DNA from: a virus
DNA length: 64,000 bases
Direction: 5' to 3' (one strand)
IMG/VR virus record: IMGVR_UViG_3300030107_006707
Coordinates: 1 to 64,000 of that record
Below, piece after piece: positions 50,611-60,845 of the stretch (positions are counted from its first letter, which is position 1; each line of letters begins with the position of its first letter). Made by a program: the position numbers and the translations under genes. Under the pieces are notes generated by a model. It was not told where the DNA came from, searched no databases, and saw only the letters and a program-made list of their open reading frames with translations.

Positions 50611-50716
50611 TAAACATGTTTTCTTTTTTATAAGTTTTAAGGTTTGCAAAGTAGGCTAAGCATAGGCTTATTATAAGTTAGATGAAAAAGCTGTTAAGGA
50701 CTTTTTACATTTTTCT

Positions 50717-51532
50717 TTAAGCTGGAGGTGGTTCGTCCTCTGCTTCTTCATCTTCTGGAGCTTCTTCTTCATCTGCTCCCTCTTCGTCATCAACAGGATC
50801 AGTTTCAGCATCAGCGTCAGCTTTTTCCTTTTCATATTCAGGAGTAGTTTCTTCTCCTGGATCAACTGCAAGGGCATCTTCAAATCTATCAAAATACAAC
50901 ATAAGGTTGGTTAGAAGATATTCTCGGAATACATTTTTATCTTCAGGATCAGCTAACATTTCATAGTGATCTACAATTTGAGTTTCAATTCTTTCAAATG
51001 TTTTTTGTGCAAAGTTTCTACCAGTAGCATCCTCACCTGCAATACCAAAAACATCCATTACGTCTTCTTCCTCTTCGGCAGGTTTGATATCAATAAAGTC
51101 TCCTGATACTGATTCTTCTTCACCGTCGCCGTCGTCAAAGGATACTTCTACTTTCTCTAACAGGTCACTTAAGTCATATTCTACATTTTCATTAGCAGCT
51201 TCTTTATTAGCGTCAACTGGAACTAGTGCATTCTTAGCCGCTGCAACAATATGATTGCGAAATGAATTTCTTTGGTCTTGGCTGGTTGTCAGCATCATGT
51301 AGGAATCTTCTAAGATTGGTATGATCTTCTTTAGCAAGTCGGCCAAAACATTAATACCAGTGGATCTGGTAGATGTCTCATCTGTTTCTACCTCACGTAG
51401 TATTTGTCTGACAAAGCCACGTACAGCGGACTCCTGCTTCTCAACAAGTTCTCTTCGTTCAATTAGTTTTTTACGAACATACTTTCTCAGTACTTGTTCA
51501 GCGATTAGTTGTTCTCGGTTAATAGTTGACAT
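50717..51532 (-). CDS. Acidic hypothetical protein, possibly head-internal
   Basis: 271 aa; N-terminal LRKYVRKKL and VRGFVRQILRE amphipathic motifs; very acidic C-terminus. Confidence 0.7.
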   Translation of the reverse strand: MSTINREQLIAEQVLRKYVRKKLIERRELVEKQESAVRGFVRQILREVETDETSTRSTGINVLADLLKKIIPILEDSYMMLTTSQDQRNSFRNHIVAAAKNALVPVDANKEAANENVEYDLSDLLEKVEVSFDDGDGEEESVSGDFIDIKPAEEEEDVMDVFGIAGEDATGRNFAQKTFERIETQIVDHYEMLADPEDKNVFREYLLTNLMLYFDRFEDALAVDPGEETTPEYEKEKADADAETDPVDDEEGADEEEAPEDEEAEDEPPPA

Positions 51533-51539
51533 ACTATAT

Positions 51540-53555
51540 TTATCTCCGTTTTACAGTATAAGACTTCTTTTTTCTTTTCTTTTTAGACGAGGTAGTACTA
51601 ATACCTAGTGGCGCACCAGAGATAGCGCCTGTTATAGTCATCTCATCAATCACTTGATCAACGATGTTAGCCTCGCTAACTTGGGTAGCGATTGACCATA
51701 CTTGATCAGCTAAATCACTATTCTTTTTAATAAAGTTAGGTAGGTGCTTTTTAAACTCTTTTTCTTTGTTGTTGGCTACAAGCTCTCTCATTTGAGTTCC
51801 CGTAATACCACTGGCAAACATAGGAGTCTTAACATATTCTACATTCACGCCTGGGTTATTCCTCTCTGCAAAAGAAGCCATTCTTTCAGCAGCGCCACCA
51901 GACTCTTTTTCACCTTGACCAAATATGACAGAATCACCAGGCTTAAATATTTCCTTGTCAGCTATCATATCGTACACATGTTTAATAGGTGACCCAGGAG
52001 GAACTACTATGGTCATTTTAGCAGTTGCTTTTTTGTCAGGGTCATTTTGTATATAAGTTTCCCATATCTTCCTGGATTGTTCTACAGTAATACCATCTCT
52101 GGACTTGCCGAACTTGCCACTACCAGGAGAAATTAAAACGATTACTTTTTCTACGTCTTCTATTTCCGCCAGATGCTTTGCGCCAAGATAGTGTCCAGCA
52201 TGTGGTGGCTTAAATGCCCCAGGCACCAAAGCAACCTTTTTTCCGTTTTGTTCATTAACAGTTTGCATTGTTTCAGATAATATAGAATCAAACTTATGGA
52301 GCATGTTTTCTTGTTTGACAGTCTTTTTGATTCTGCCATATTTAAGCATTCCAACAATTTGGTTGACAGGAGCAAAGTTCCCAGTGAACTTATACAGGTT
52401 ACCATCAATTTGGAATACAACCCCTTCAATACTAGTTGAGATCTTATCTAGCCCCTTAATTTTATTGAGTTGAACTCTAAGAAAATCCATATCTTCAGCA
52501 GATATTTCTCCATCTGTGGCCATCTGTTCAAGTTCAGACACAGATTTAGACACAACACTTCTTAGTCTTTTAACTTCTTCTTTAGGGCTCACCATAAAGA
52601 GACTTTCTAGGCCTTGAAGCATTTCTACTGCAAAATCATGATTAGCTTCTTCAATAGGTCTTATGGCATCTGCCATCATCATTTTTTCAACTAGTTTATC
52701 TGTTAGTTTAGAAATGATTTCTCTTTGATCAGATGTCATACCTTTTTTAATTTGGTTTAGCTTGAGAGCACCATCTACCTTTAGCAGTCTGCCTACTAGT
52801 TCAGATATTTTGTCGTCGTCTAACTCAGTTGTTTGAGACTTGATCATATTCCTAAGACGAACAGATAGATAGTCACCAACTGTAGCGTCTTCGGAAAGCC
52901 CTACTTGTCTTAGCGCATCTACTATTTTTTGTTTTGCTTCTGATGCCGCCTTATCACTGGATAAAGCCTGAAGTTTAAGTGTGGCATTCCGTACAATCTT
53001 ATAATTTTTACCTGCTGCTGCTTTTTGTAGTGCATCTATATTTTTATCCAGAATAGCTACATTTTCACTAGCATCATAATTTTCAGGTGCGCCTGTCTCT
53101 TCGTCTCGCATCTTGTGTCCAGCGGAATGTATCTTAAGATAATTGCGATCATAGATTAGTACATTCGGATTATCTGGAGACATGACCTCAACATTATACC
53201 AGATATTTGCATCAGGGCCGAATATAGACTGCCTAACTTCTGGGGATAACTTCTCTACTGCCGCAGCGAATGTATCAAAGGCTTCGTCATATACTTTCTG
53301 GATAGCTCCACGACCAGCAAATTTATTACTAAGCTCTGAAGCAGTCATGCCTTTCTGTTTAATATTTCCTTTATTTCTAGCAGCTAGAGCTTCTCCTCGT
53401 TTGTTTGACCAAGAAATAAATAAGTTCTGTCCGTCTACTTTCTCTTCAACTGAAAGTTTACCAGCGCTAGCCGTGTCAATAATTTCCATCATCTTATTAA
53501 ATGACATACTTCTGTCATCATAAAGGTGATTAAGGTGTCCTGCTACCCCACCCAT
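51540..53555 (-). CDS. Fusion: RNA-ligase-like covalent nucleotidyltransferase + HxGH cytidylyltransferase-like domain
   Basis: N-terminal HLNH, EKVDG (KxDG motif I), EGVV (motif IV), YKFTG; C-terminal PGAFKPPHAGH and ITGTQMR. Confidence 0.75.
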   Translation of the reverse strand: MGGVAGHLNHLYDDRSMSFNKMMEIIDTASAGKLSVEEKVDGQNLFISWSNKRGEALAARNKGNIKQKGMTASELSNKFAGRGAIQKVYDEAFDTFAAAVEKLSPEVRQSIFGPDANIWYNVEVMSPDNPNVLIYDRNYLKIHSAGHKMRDEETGAPENYDASENVAILDKNIDALQKAAAGKNYKIVRNATLKLQALSSDKAASEAKQKIVDALRQVGLSEDATVGDYLSVRLRNMIKSQTTELDDDKISELVGRLLKVDGALKLNQIKKGMTSDQREIISKLTDKLVEKMMMADAIRPIEEANHDFAVEMLQGLESLFMVSPKEEVKRLRSVVSKSVSELEQMATDGEISAEDMDFLRVQLNKIKGLDKISTSIEGVVFQIDGNLYKFTGNFAPVNQIVGMLKYGRIKKTVKQENMLHKFDSILSETMQTVNEQNGKKVALVPGAFKPPHAGHYLGAKHLAEIEDVEKVIVLISPGSGKFGKSRDGITVEQSRKIWETYIQNDPDKKATAKMTIVVPPGSPIKHVYDMIADKEIFKPGDSVIFGQGEKESGGAAERMASFAERNNPGVNVEYVKTPMFASGITGTQMRELVANNKEKEFKKHLPNFIKKNSDLADQVWSIATQVSEANIVDQVIDEMTITGAISGAPLGISTTSSKKKRKKKSYTVKRR

Positions 53556-53557
53556 TA

Positions 53558-53812
53558 CTAATCCTCTTTTTCTTCATTCAGCATACGAAGCTGCTCTTCT
53601 AAATGGGAAATCTTTTCGTTAAGTTTATTAACATGCTTCTTGATTTTTGATGCCTGCTCCAATGCGAGTTGAATCCTGTTTGCATCACGCTTACTAGCAA
53701 CTTTGATAAGTCTAAGATTATCAACAATAGCTTGCAGGGAATGACCAAAATTACTGATGTTATAGTCCTCATTTAGTAACAACTTTTTTGTTATCCAATT
53801 AAGATTTTTCAT
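53558..53812 (-). CDS. Small coiled-coil protein
   Basis: Start reassigned to MKNLNW (ATG 53812, GGAGG RBS). Confidence 0.65.
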   Translation of the reverse strand: MKNLNWITKKLLLNEDYNISNFGHSLQAIVDNLRLIKVASKRDANRIQLALEQASKIKKHVNKLNEKISHLEEQLRMLNEEKED

Positions 53813-54038
53813 CTGTTTTAGACCTCCTGCGCTTGCTAACGGCTTTTTTACTTGGTTTTTTGGCCTCATGTTTTTCAAGTTCCTCTTTAATGTTTTTTAG
53901 AGTTTCAACATAAAGCTCGCCTGGGTTACCCCACTTATCTTTTGGGAAAACCACATCTCTGCAATAAGCAATTGTATCCTTGTCGTCGTAACGAACAGCT
54001 TCCCGAAGTTTATCAATCCATTTTACATAACTAGCCAT
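53799..54038 (-). CDS. Small basic hypothetical protein
   Basis: 79-aa ORF with AAGGA RBS and K/R-rich C-terminus. Confidence 0.7.
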   Translation of the reverse strand: MASYVKWIDKLREAVRYDDKDTIAYCRDVVFPKDKWGNPGELYVETLKNIKEELEKHEAKKPSKKAVSKRRRSKTDEKS

Positions 54039-54048
54039 TTTATTATCC

Positions 54049-55074
54049 TTATATAACTTTCACATCGCTTAGATAGAAAGCCCATGATTCTTTGTTGTTG
54101 ACAGTAGATACAAAATGTAAACACATCGTCTGACCTTTCAACAAACTAATATTACTTGCCTCATCAATATTGACCTCGCCACCACCTAATATATTAGCAC
54201 TGTAGCTGTACTTACATTTAACCTTACTCAAAGGTTTACAAGATTTTCTATTGTCATTTGTAATGTACAAATAATAATCGCTTCCCTCTCTAACGTTGTT
54301 TATATATAACATAAAACCTTTGAGTATGTCAATGTTTTTATTTGATGTTTTTATATTTGCGTTACTATGCCCACCTAAACAATCCCAACTAACGTGCTCA
54401 CCGTGAACAGTTAGAAGCTCTTGGGGGGTTGGTGTTTTTGTGCTCAGTTCAATCGTTTTTCTACCAGCATATGAAATAGAAATTGCTTTATTGGTTGTGC
54501 TTATGGAGATATTATTACCACCATGTATTCTTTTCAGTAAGCCTTGGTTTCCGCTCATCCCAGCAAAAAGCTCTTCTCCATCATTTCCTACATTGGAAAA
54601 TCCTAGCAACTGATTAGGCATAGAGACAACGATGTGCTCATCTGACTCTGATGTTACAAATCCACCCCTGAATATAATGCTCTTAAGTTTTCTTCCATCT
54701 TCTGTAACAAGACTATTCCCTTTGCCAGATGATTCTAGATTAGTGATTGCATTAGATAATACTACACTGTTGCCATTATTGTGGTTATAAACTAGATCTC
54801 CATTCAGTGAATAAAGGTAAGTATTATCACCTTTTCTACCAGTTGGGGCCGAGGCAACTGTTGATAACGATATACAACCCTCAACATGAAGGCGAGATCT
54901 ATTATCTTTAAAATCTTCGTCATTGCATAATACTAGGGATTTAGCTGCCATGTTATTACTAGAGATTGTGCTTATCTTTGCACTATTAGCTGAAACCTTC
55001 CCTTTAATTTTAGCATCGCCATCATGTGGAAATGGTGAAGGGTTTTGGAATATTATTTGACGTTGTTTAGACAT
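54049..55074 (-). CDS. Fibre-like structural protein
   Basis: Fibre-type motifs LHVEG, LYS.NG.L.Y and repeated NL.S.G.G..L.....LKSI / LKRI.GG.NI.I. Confidence 0.55.
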   Translation of the reverse strand: MSKQRQIIFQNPSPFPHDGDAKIKGKVSANSAKISTISSNNMAAKSLVLCNDEDFKDNRSRLHVEGCISLSTVASAPTGRKGDNTYLYSLNGDLVYNHNNGNSVVLSNAITNLESSGKGNSLVTEDGRKLKSIIFRGGFVTSESDEHIVVSMPNQLLGFSNVGNDGEELFAGMSGNQGLLKRIHGGNNISISTTNKAISISYAGRKTIELSTKTPTPQELLTVHGEHVSWDCLGGHSNANIKTSNKNIDILKGFMLYINNVREGSDYYLYITNDNRKSCKPLSKVKCKYSYSANILGGGEVNIDEASNISLLKGQTMCLHFVSTVNNKESWAFYLSDVKVI

Positions 55075-55086
55075 ATCACCTCTTTC

Positions 55087-55095
55087 TAAGTAGTT
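55087..55095 (-). promoter_or_regulatory. Candidate late promoter AACTACTTA
   Basis: In the short gap upstream of the 55074 start, before the AGAGGTG RBS. Confidence 0.5.
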
Positions 55096-55102
55096 GTCGC
55101 TA

Positions 55103-56029
55103 TTATAAATCTGATTGTTGCTCTACACTTGCAAGTGCATACTTACAATGTAGGTATTTAAACACCGCTAAATTTTGAGCATCATCGTGTACAGTATTAT
55201 AAATAATGATTTCTGCAATGTCTGTAGATTCTATTATTTTACCAGAGTCTACAGCAACTATACCTATATCACTACCAGGTGTATTACTTGACACTAAATC
55301 ATCTGTTTTAGCCACTCTAGATACAGACCTAAAATAACTTACTTGTGAATCAACATTAATAACATAAGCTTGGTATTGGTCCCGTATTAGATCATCCTGT
55401 ATGGAAGAACCAGACACGACAATAGGGTGACCCTCGTCAGCGTTATTTACAGATCCTGTTGAATACTGCATGACCATATAAACTGATTTATTAGCTAGTG
55501 TTTCTAAACCAGAAGGAGTTCCATTATATTGAAAGAAGGCCCTCTCATCATCAAACGAAATACTAGCAAAGCCACCGATGTCGCCCTCATTAAATGTTGG
55601 ACCTGCATCTGCGTCTGGTGCTTGAACGGCAAACTCTTTTCCACTGTTGTCTTGCCAAGCTACAGTGATGGCAGCGTTATCAACCTGTGTTCCATTATTA
55701 ACGTCCTCAGCAACAACATGCAACAATAGCTGACTTTTATTAGGGACATCACCTCCCACAAATCTTCTTCGTGTATTAGGTCTAATTTCATCGTTGCCTG
55801 ATTTAACAGTGCCGCCCTCAAGAACTCTCTCTGGAGCATTTCTTGGTGTTTGTTTTATTTTCCGATGTGTAGTAACAATAAAGGGTAGCGGGCCACAAGC
55901 GCCTTCATCATACTCTGAGCGAATGTCAGAATACCTAGTGATATTACCACCAGCATCCGTCATATTAAGAGACTTTGGAATTGCTCCAGATTGTAATAAC
56001 TGTTGAAATAGTTCACTTGCTGATGGCAT
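55103..56029 (-). CDS. Structural protein with degenerate LamG-like domain
   Basis: AWQDNSG...Q...PTF and DIAEIIIYN.......V.KYL..KY pattern. Confidence 0.55.
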   Translation of the reverse strand: MPSASELFQQLLQSGAIPKSLNMTDAGGNITRYSDIRSEYDEGACGPLPFIVTTHRKIKQTPRNAPERVLEGGTVKSGNDEIRPNTRRRFVGGDVPNKSQLLLHVVAEDVNNGTQVDNAAITVAWQDNSGKEFAVQAPDADAGPTFNEGDIGGFASISFDDERAFFQYNGTPSGLETLANKSVYMVMQYSTGSVNNADEGHPIVVSGSSIQDDLIRDQYQAYVINVDSQVSYFRSVSRVAKTDDLVSSNTPGSDIGIVAVDSGKIIESTDIAEIIIYNTVHDDAQNLAVFKYLHCKYALASVEQQSDL

Positions 56030-56044
56030 ATTATTTTCCTACCC

Positions 56045-57631
56045 TTATACCCCTTTGCCGATCTGATACCAGGCTTTGTGACTGCCTTCAACAATCTGAA
56101 CAAATGTTATAGCAGATATACCACTAGAATCATGCAACGATGAAAAAGATCCGCTGACTAGTCCTGATGGTAAAACAAAAACATTGTTTGTATCAGCGTT
56201 CTGTGCGATGATTGTAAGTTTTTGACCAGAAATAGTGGGTGTTGGGAATGCTAAGCTAAAAACTTCCATTCCACCTCCCATATCACTACCATTGATTGAA
56301 CCCGCATCTAATAACACAATACCTGAAGCTGTAGAAAGGGTAGCGCTGGTTCCACTACCAAGATCTTGAGTTGTTACATCGGTTGCAAAAAAGTCTGACT
56401 TGGTTGTTCCTATAACCTCCATCTCGGTTGATGGGTCGTTAGTGTGGATACCAACGTGCCCATTTGTTCCCTCAAGAGTAATACGAGCAGCGTGTCCATT
56501 GTTAGAGGAGTCGTTACCAATCTGAAGTACTCTGAGAGCCGAGTTGGCGTGGTTTGGACAAAATGCGTCAATCAGAAACGCACTGGCCAGAGAACTAGTC
56601 ATAGTGGTACCAGCGGTTCCCTCCAAAGATAAACTAGCCAGGCGGTTGGCTCGGCTAGAGGTATCTGTCAGACCATCTGAATAAAAATCAATAAAAGGAT
56701 TCTCAGTTTCGCCAGCGGTGTTAGCAGTGTCAGCAATAAGTTTTATACCAACTTCTTTTTTGCCTTTCATAATCAAGACAACATCTTTTTCTTGCCCCGA
56801 AACAGAATCAAAAGGATCTATGATGTGCAATACGCTTTGAGGTGAATTGTTGCCGATGCCGACACGTTGATTTTGACCGTCAATAAAGAACATATGAGTG
56901 TTCTGATTGCTCTCTACCCGAAAATCAATATCTGTACTGTTCTCATTAAAAACAACTTCGTCTTGGGATGCTTCTGTTAATGTGATAAAATCAGCACCAC
57001 CAGCCTGAAAGTTTATAGAATCGTCTTGAAACCTTATGAACGTATTGTCATCGCCATTATGGTAGATGTATTCGTCTGCACCGATGTCGCCAGCTACATC
57101 CAAAGCATAATCAGGGGTTTCTGTTCCAATTCCTATTCTAGTAGTAGACGCATCTGCTATGAAATACGCATTGTTGCTATCATCTTTTATAACAAAGTCA
57201 ATGTTGTTACCACCATTATTAATTCTAACTTTATGAGGAGCACTGGAGTTATCTTGACAATCTATGTGATTGTTGCCACCCGCATTAATTCTTACTCTAT
57301 TATCAGTAAAATTAATAAATGTATTGGCATCACCGTTGTGATAGATATATTGATTAACTCCAACGTTACCAGCTACGTCAAGTTTATAGTCAGGAGCGTC
57401 TGTGCCAATACCAACACGTCCGTTCTCAAGGATAGCTACACCGCCGTTAAAACCAATGACACCTGAAACCTCAACATTAGTACTACCAGTACCAATTGCA
57501 AGATACTCAGTATTATTAGCAATTAGTTTTATTTGATCTTCTTCAAAATCTATTTTAGTATCACGATCTACATCATCAGAAGAAACTAGGTCTCCTGTGT
57601 CAACCCTTCCTCTACTCCATTTATATGCCAT
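56045..57631 (-). CDS. Tail/capsid fibre protein
   Basis: Four [VI]GI.[TN]..P...[LM].[VI] fibre repeats; DFRVES motif; N-terminal MAYKWSRG. Confidence 0.8.
   Translation of the reverse strand: MAYKWSRGRVDTGDLVSSDDVDRDTKIDFEEDQIKLIANNTEYLAIGTGSTNVEVSGVIGFNGGVAILENGRVGIGTDAPDYKLDVAGNVGVNQYIYHNGDANTFINFTDNRVRINAGGNNHIDCQDNSSAPHKVRINNGGNNIDFVIKDDSNNAYFIADASTTRIGIGTETPDYALDVAGDIGADEYIYHNGDDNTFIRFQDDSINFQAGGADFITLTEASQDEVVFNENSTDIDFRVESNQNTHMFFIDGQNQRVGIGNNSPQSVLHIIDPFDSVSGQEKDVVLIMKGKKEVGIKLIADTANTAGETENPFIDFYSDGLTDTSSRANRLASLSLEGTAGTTMTSSLASAFLIDAFCPNHANSALRVLQIGNDSSNNGHAARITLEGTNGHVGIHTNDPSTEMEVIGTTKSDFFATDVTTQDLGSGTSATLSTASGIVLLDAGSINGSDMGGGMEVFSLAFPTPTISGQKLTIIAQNADTNNVFVLPSGLVSGSFSSLHDSSGISAITFVQIVEGSHKAWYQIGKGV
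57025..57420 (-). repeat. Internal duplication in fibre gene
   Basis: GIGTDAPDYKLDVAGNVGVNQYIYHNGDANTFINF versus GIGTETPDYALDVAGDIGADEYIYHNGDDNTFIRF; boundaries approximate. Confidence 0.8.
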
Positions 57632-57649
57632 AATAAATACCCCTGCTTA

Positions 57650-57658
57650 TAAATAGTT
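57650..57658 (-). promoter_or_regulatory. Candidate late promoter AACTATTTA
   Basis: Directly downstream of a terminator and 19 nt upstream of the fibre start codon. Confidence 0.55.
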
Positions 57659-57663
57659 AGTCA

Positions 57664-57692
57664 CAAAACAAAGGAGCCACCGAAGTGGCTCC
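57664..57692 (-). terminator. Intrinsic terminator
   Basis: GGAGCCAC-TTCG-GTGGCTCC hairpin followed by TTTGTTTT. Confidence 0.85.
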
Positions 57693-57726
57693 AATGAGGT
57701 AGTGATTTGAAACGAACTACTCAGTA

Positions 57727-59742
57727 CTAGAAGACCTCGTAGAAAAATCCATTCCATACCAAACTAAGAGCACCCTGTGGAGATGACATAGAAAGAGAAG
57801 TCTGACTATCATCAAAGTAGGCCGTTGATGCGCCACCAGCGCCTGTTAGTACAAGAATACCAGTGCCTACAGAGTTAAACTTAATCGTCAACACTTTACC
57901 TGCATCATTAGCACCAAGTCCTGCTGTGCCACTCATTGGGAGAAACAGCTTGACATCCTCTGAACCTGTTGTTCCGACAGACAAGAAGGATGGGTACCCA
58001 ACCGCAGACACACTGCCTGTTACAACAGAGCCTGTGTTTGATGCCTGCACACCACCGCCAATACTAACGGTTTCTTGTGGTGTTTGCAAAGAACCTATTG
58101 CAGCGGCTGAACTTGAATAGCCAACTTGGAGAGATGATGTCGTGTAGACAGCACCAGCCTGGAAGCTGTGAGCTAACTGGGCTGATGCACCGACTATAGC
58201 ACCAGCAGTGCTAACAGTAAATTCATCACCGTCAGTTGCAAATTCATCACCTGTTATTTTACCAGAGGCAACCACAGTACCACCGCCTGTAATATTACCA
58301 CCGATAATACCGTGACTTCCAACTGTTAGTGTTCCGTTCATTCCAACAGCACCAGTCATGTTGATACCTGTACCCGCAGTTAGATCTAAGAATCCGTCCA
58401 CAGAGCGATGAATATTTTCTCCACTATCAGTAAACTGAAGTGTAATATCGCTAGCAAGTGTAACAGTTGCACCTTGTGCAAACGTTATCATGTCTGCGTC
58501 ATTACCAGCACCGATAGTCGCACCGTTAGCAATCTCAAGTCCAGCACCAGCAACAATCTTATTGTTGAACGTTGCTGCACCAGCAGAACCCATATCAAGC
58601 GTCAAGGCTGTAATAGCACTAGTAGCATCATTACCGTTGAAGATGATATCTCCATCTGCTAGAGACGCACTAATGATAAGATTAGCTGAAGATTTTGTAA
58701 ACTTAGCAAACTCTGTGCCACCATCACTAAGACGGATATCAGCACCATCAGCATCAAGTATAATATCGCCTGCTACATCAAGTGTAAGATCGCCAGAACT
58801 TAGATCAATCTCAGTGCCATCAATTGTGATATTGTCGGCCTTGATACCAGCATCTGCTACAACTACACCGTTGAAGGTAGCTTTACCTGCGTCAGATGTA
58901 TCAAATGCTAACATGTTAATGGATGAACCACCATCATCACCAACAATGGTAAGATCTTTATCTTGTACGCCAACAGTCATAGTAATGTTATCACTTGACT
59001 CAGCGATAGTAAACTCGTTAGCACCAGCACCAATGATTAGGTCACCAAGAACCTCTGCGTTGGCACCAACACGAACATCGTCGTTAAAGGTAGCACGCCC
59101 TGCATCAGACATATCAAGCGTTAGAGCAGTGATAGCACTTGCGCCATCATTACCCTTGAAGATAATATCTTTATCAGATTGTGACGAACTAATAACAAGA
59201 TCATTTGAACTGTTTGAGATCTTACCAATCTCTGTTCCGCCATCAAGGAAGAAAACGTCTCCGCCATCTGCATCAAGCTTGATATCAGTGGCAGCATCAA
59301 TTGTTAGAGTGCCAGGAGCAACAATGTTACCTGACAAATTAACATTACCCTGTAAGAAACTTTGTCCAACTATTTCTAGTGCGGCACTACCAGAGATACT
59401 ATGACCAACAACTCTTACAGAACCACTAGCGCCTTGAAGGGCATTATTTACAGCAGCGAATCCGACTTCAGATGCTTCTCCAGATCCTGTGAAGTAAGCA
59501 CCGAGAGCAGCCATTGTAATTTTTTTAACGTTATTGCTATCAGAAGCATTTGCTATGACTAGGAGGTCACCATCTGCTGCTGCCTGGCCAATTGCTCCCC
59601 CTCCATTAACGTCCAACTCAGCAATGGCAAGTGACTTGTCCTGCAATTCAATAGAACCTGATAGCTGGAATTTTTCGTTACTATTATCAATAGCAACTGT
59701 TCCACCTAATCTAGCTAACCCAGATTGAAATTTATAAGCCAT
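57727..59742 (-). CDS. Fibre/decoration protein with internal repeats
   Basis: G/S/A/D-rich, N-terminal MAYKFQSG, strong AGGAGG RBS, own terminator. Confidence 0.8.
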   Translation of the reverse strand: MAYKFQSGLARLGGTVAIDNSNEKFQLSGSIELQDKSLAIAELDVNGGGAIGQAAADGDLLVIANASDSNNVKKITMAALGAYFTGSGEASEVGFAAVNNALQGASGSVRVVGHSISGSAALEIVGQSFLQGNVNLSGNIVAPGTLTIDAATDIKLDADGGDVFFLDGGTEIGKISNSSNDLVISSSQSDKDIIFKGNDGASAITALTLDMSDAGRATFNDDVRVGANAEVLGDLIIGAGANEFTIAESSDNITMTVGVQDKDLTIVGDDGGSSINMLAFDTSDAGKATFNGVVVADAGIKADNITIDGTEIDLSSGDLTLDVAGDIILDADGADIRLSDGGTEFAKFTKSSANLIISASLADGDIIFNGNDATSAITALTLDMGSAGAATFNNKIVAGAGLEIANGATIGAGNDADMITFAQGATVTLASDITLQFTDSGENIHRSVDGFLDLTAGTGINMTGAVGMNGTLTVGSHGIIGGNITGGGTVVASGKITGDEFATDGDEFTVSTAGAIVGASAQLAHSFQAGAVYTTSSLQVGYSSSAAAIGSLQTPQETVSIGGGVQASNTGSVVTGSVSAVGYPSFLSVGTTGSEDVKLFLPMSGTAGLGANDAGKVLTIKFNSVGTGILVLTGAGGASTAYFDDSQTSLSMSSPQGALSLVWNGFFYEVF
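58560..59290 (-). repeat. Three diverged repeats of up to about 68 aa (middle one partial)
   Basis: DI.LDADG.D..L.DGGTE..K...S..L.IS.S..D.DIIF.GND..SAITALTLDM..AG.ATFN; boundaries approximate. Confidence 0.8.
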
Positions 59743-59846
59743 TATAAATCCTCCTATAAAGTATTTAGCAACTTATATTAGCTAACCTACGATCTGTTTG
59801 GGTTAATCGCCTCTATTCAGAAACTTGTTATTTCTAAACCATTTTG

Positions 59847-60719
59847 CTAGTAGATAAAGAACTTATCACTACCATTAGTATATAGACTAATAGCTGCAAA
59901 AGGCGAGTTCAAAAGAATAAAATTTAGTCCATCAATTGTTTGAGATCCTGAGCCTGAAATTGCTACGTTGTGTAAGTGTGCATTTCCACCCTCATCTTTG
60001 ATCACATATGTCTGGCCAGCAGTTAGCGTACCAGCATCAGGAAGCCTAATATCTATATCACCTGATGTATTAATACTAATATAATAATCGCTAACGGAAG
60101 CAGTTGTTGTAGATGAAATGCTTCTTCTTTTATGAACTACTCCACCTTGCACACTTAGAGTGCTACCATCAAATGTTAAATTAGCTTCGCCATTAATAGA
60201 ACTGTCGCCACCAGCCGTTGTAACTCTGTTATTACCGTCATTACTAATTGTAACAGTGCCACCACCAGATGAGGCAGTGACTACAACTTTATTGTTTGAA
60301 TCTAGAGCAAGATAACTGCCTGGACCCGCAACAGTACCAGAGGGCACTCCTCTTGCATGTATAACACTTGAAACATTTAAGGTTCCTGTTATCTCAAGGT
60401 CGCTTCCATCAAATGTTAGATTAGCCTCTCCATTAAGAGAGCTATCCCCTCCCGCAGTTGTCAGTCTGTTATTTGCATCATTACTTATCGTAACGCCAGG
60501 TGCGGTAACAAGATTTGATGTGTCACCAGATGGAAACCTGGCGAATACACTTGATGCAGAATAAAATAAAACAGCCGCACCAGAAGCAGGAGCACTAGGA
60601 GTTGATGTTTGTTGGAACGCTAATAGGTTCCCGCTCAACTCTATATTTCCTGTAACTGCCGCCGTGCCTACAAAAGGAAATAGGTCTACATTCCCTATTA
60701 CAAATTTTCCATTGGCCAT
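59847..60719 (-). CDS. Fibre/decoration protein
   Basis: Two VTISND.NNR.TTAGGDSS.NGEANLTFDGS repeats; C-terminal LP.A....GQ..VIKDEGG...TIDG domain. Confidence 0.78.
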   Translation of the reverse strand: MANGKFVIGNVDLFPFVGTAAVTGNIELSGNLLAFQQTSTPSAPASGAAVLFYSASSVFARFPSGDTSNLVTAPGVTISNDANNRLTTAGGDSSLNGEANLTFDGSDLEITGTLNVSSVIHARGVPSGTVAGPGSYLALDSNNKVVVTASSGGGTVTISNDGNNRVTTAGGDSSINGEANLTFDGSTLSVQGGVVHKRRSISSTTTASVSDYYISINTSGDIDIRLPDAGTLTAGQTYVIKDEGGNAHLHNVAISGSGSQTIDGLNFILLNSPFAAISLYTNGSDKFFIY

Positions 60720-60816
60720 ACAAGTTTATTCCCTAGAAGAACGCAAATTTATCTACATAAGATAAGTATCTTATACCTGTGATAAATAGATAGTTAAAGT
60801 GACATTATACCTATGT

Positions 60817-60845
60817 AAAACAAATGCCCGCTCTAGAGCAGGCAT
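60817..60845 (-). terminator. Intrinsic terminator downstream of the tRNA pair
   Basis: ATGCCTGCT-CTAG-AGCGGGCAT hairpin followed by TTGTTTT. Confidence 0.65.

Noticed and set aside
58490-59404. 304-aa plus-strand ORF with internal repeats
   Set aside because: Antisense mirror of the repetitive G/D/A-rich fibre gene; the codon bias of that gene explains the lack of stops.
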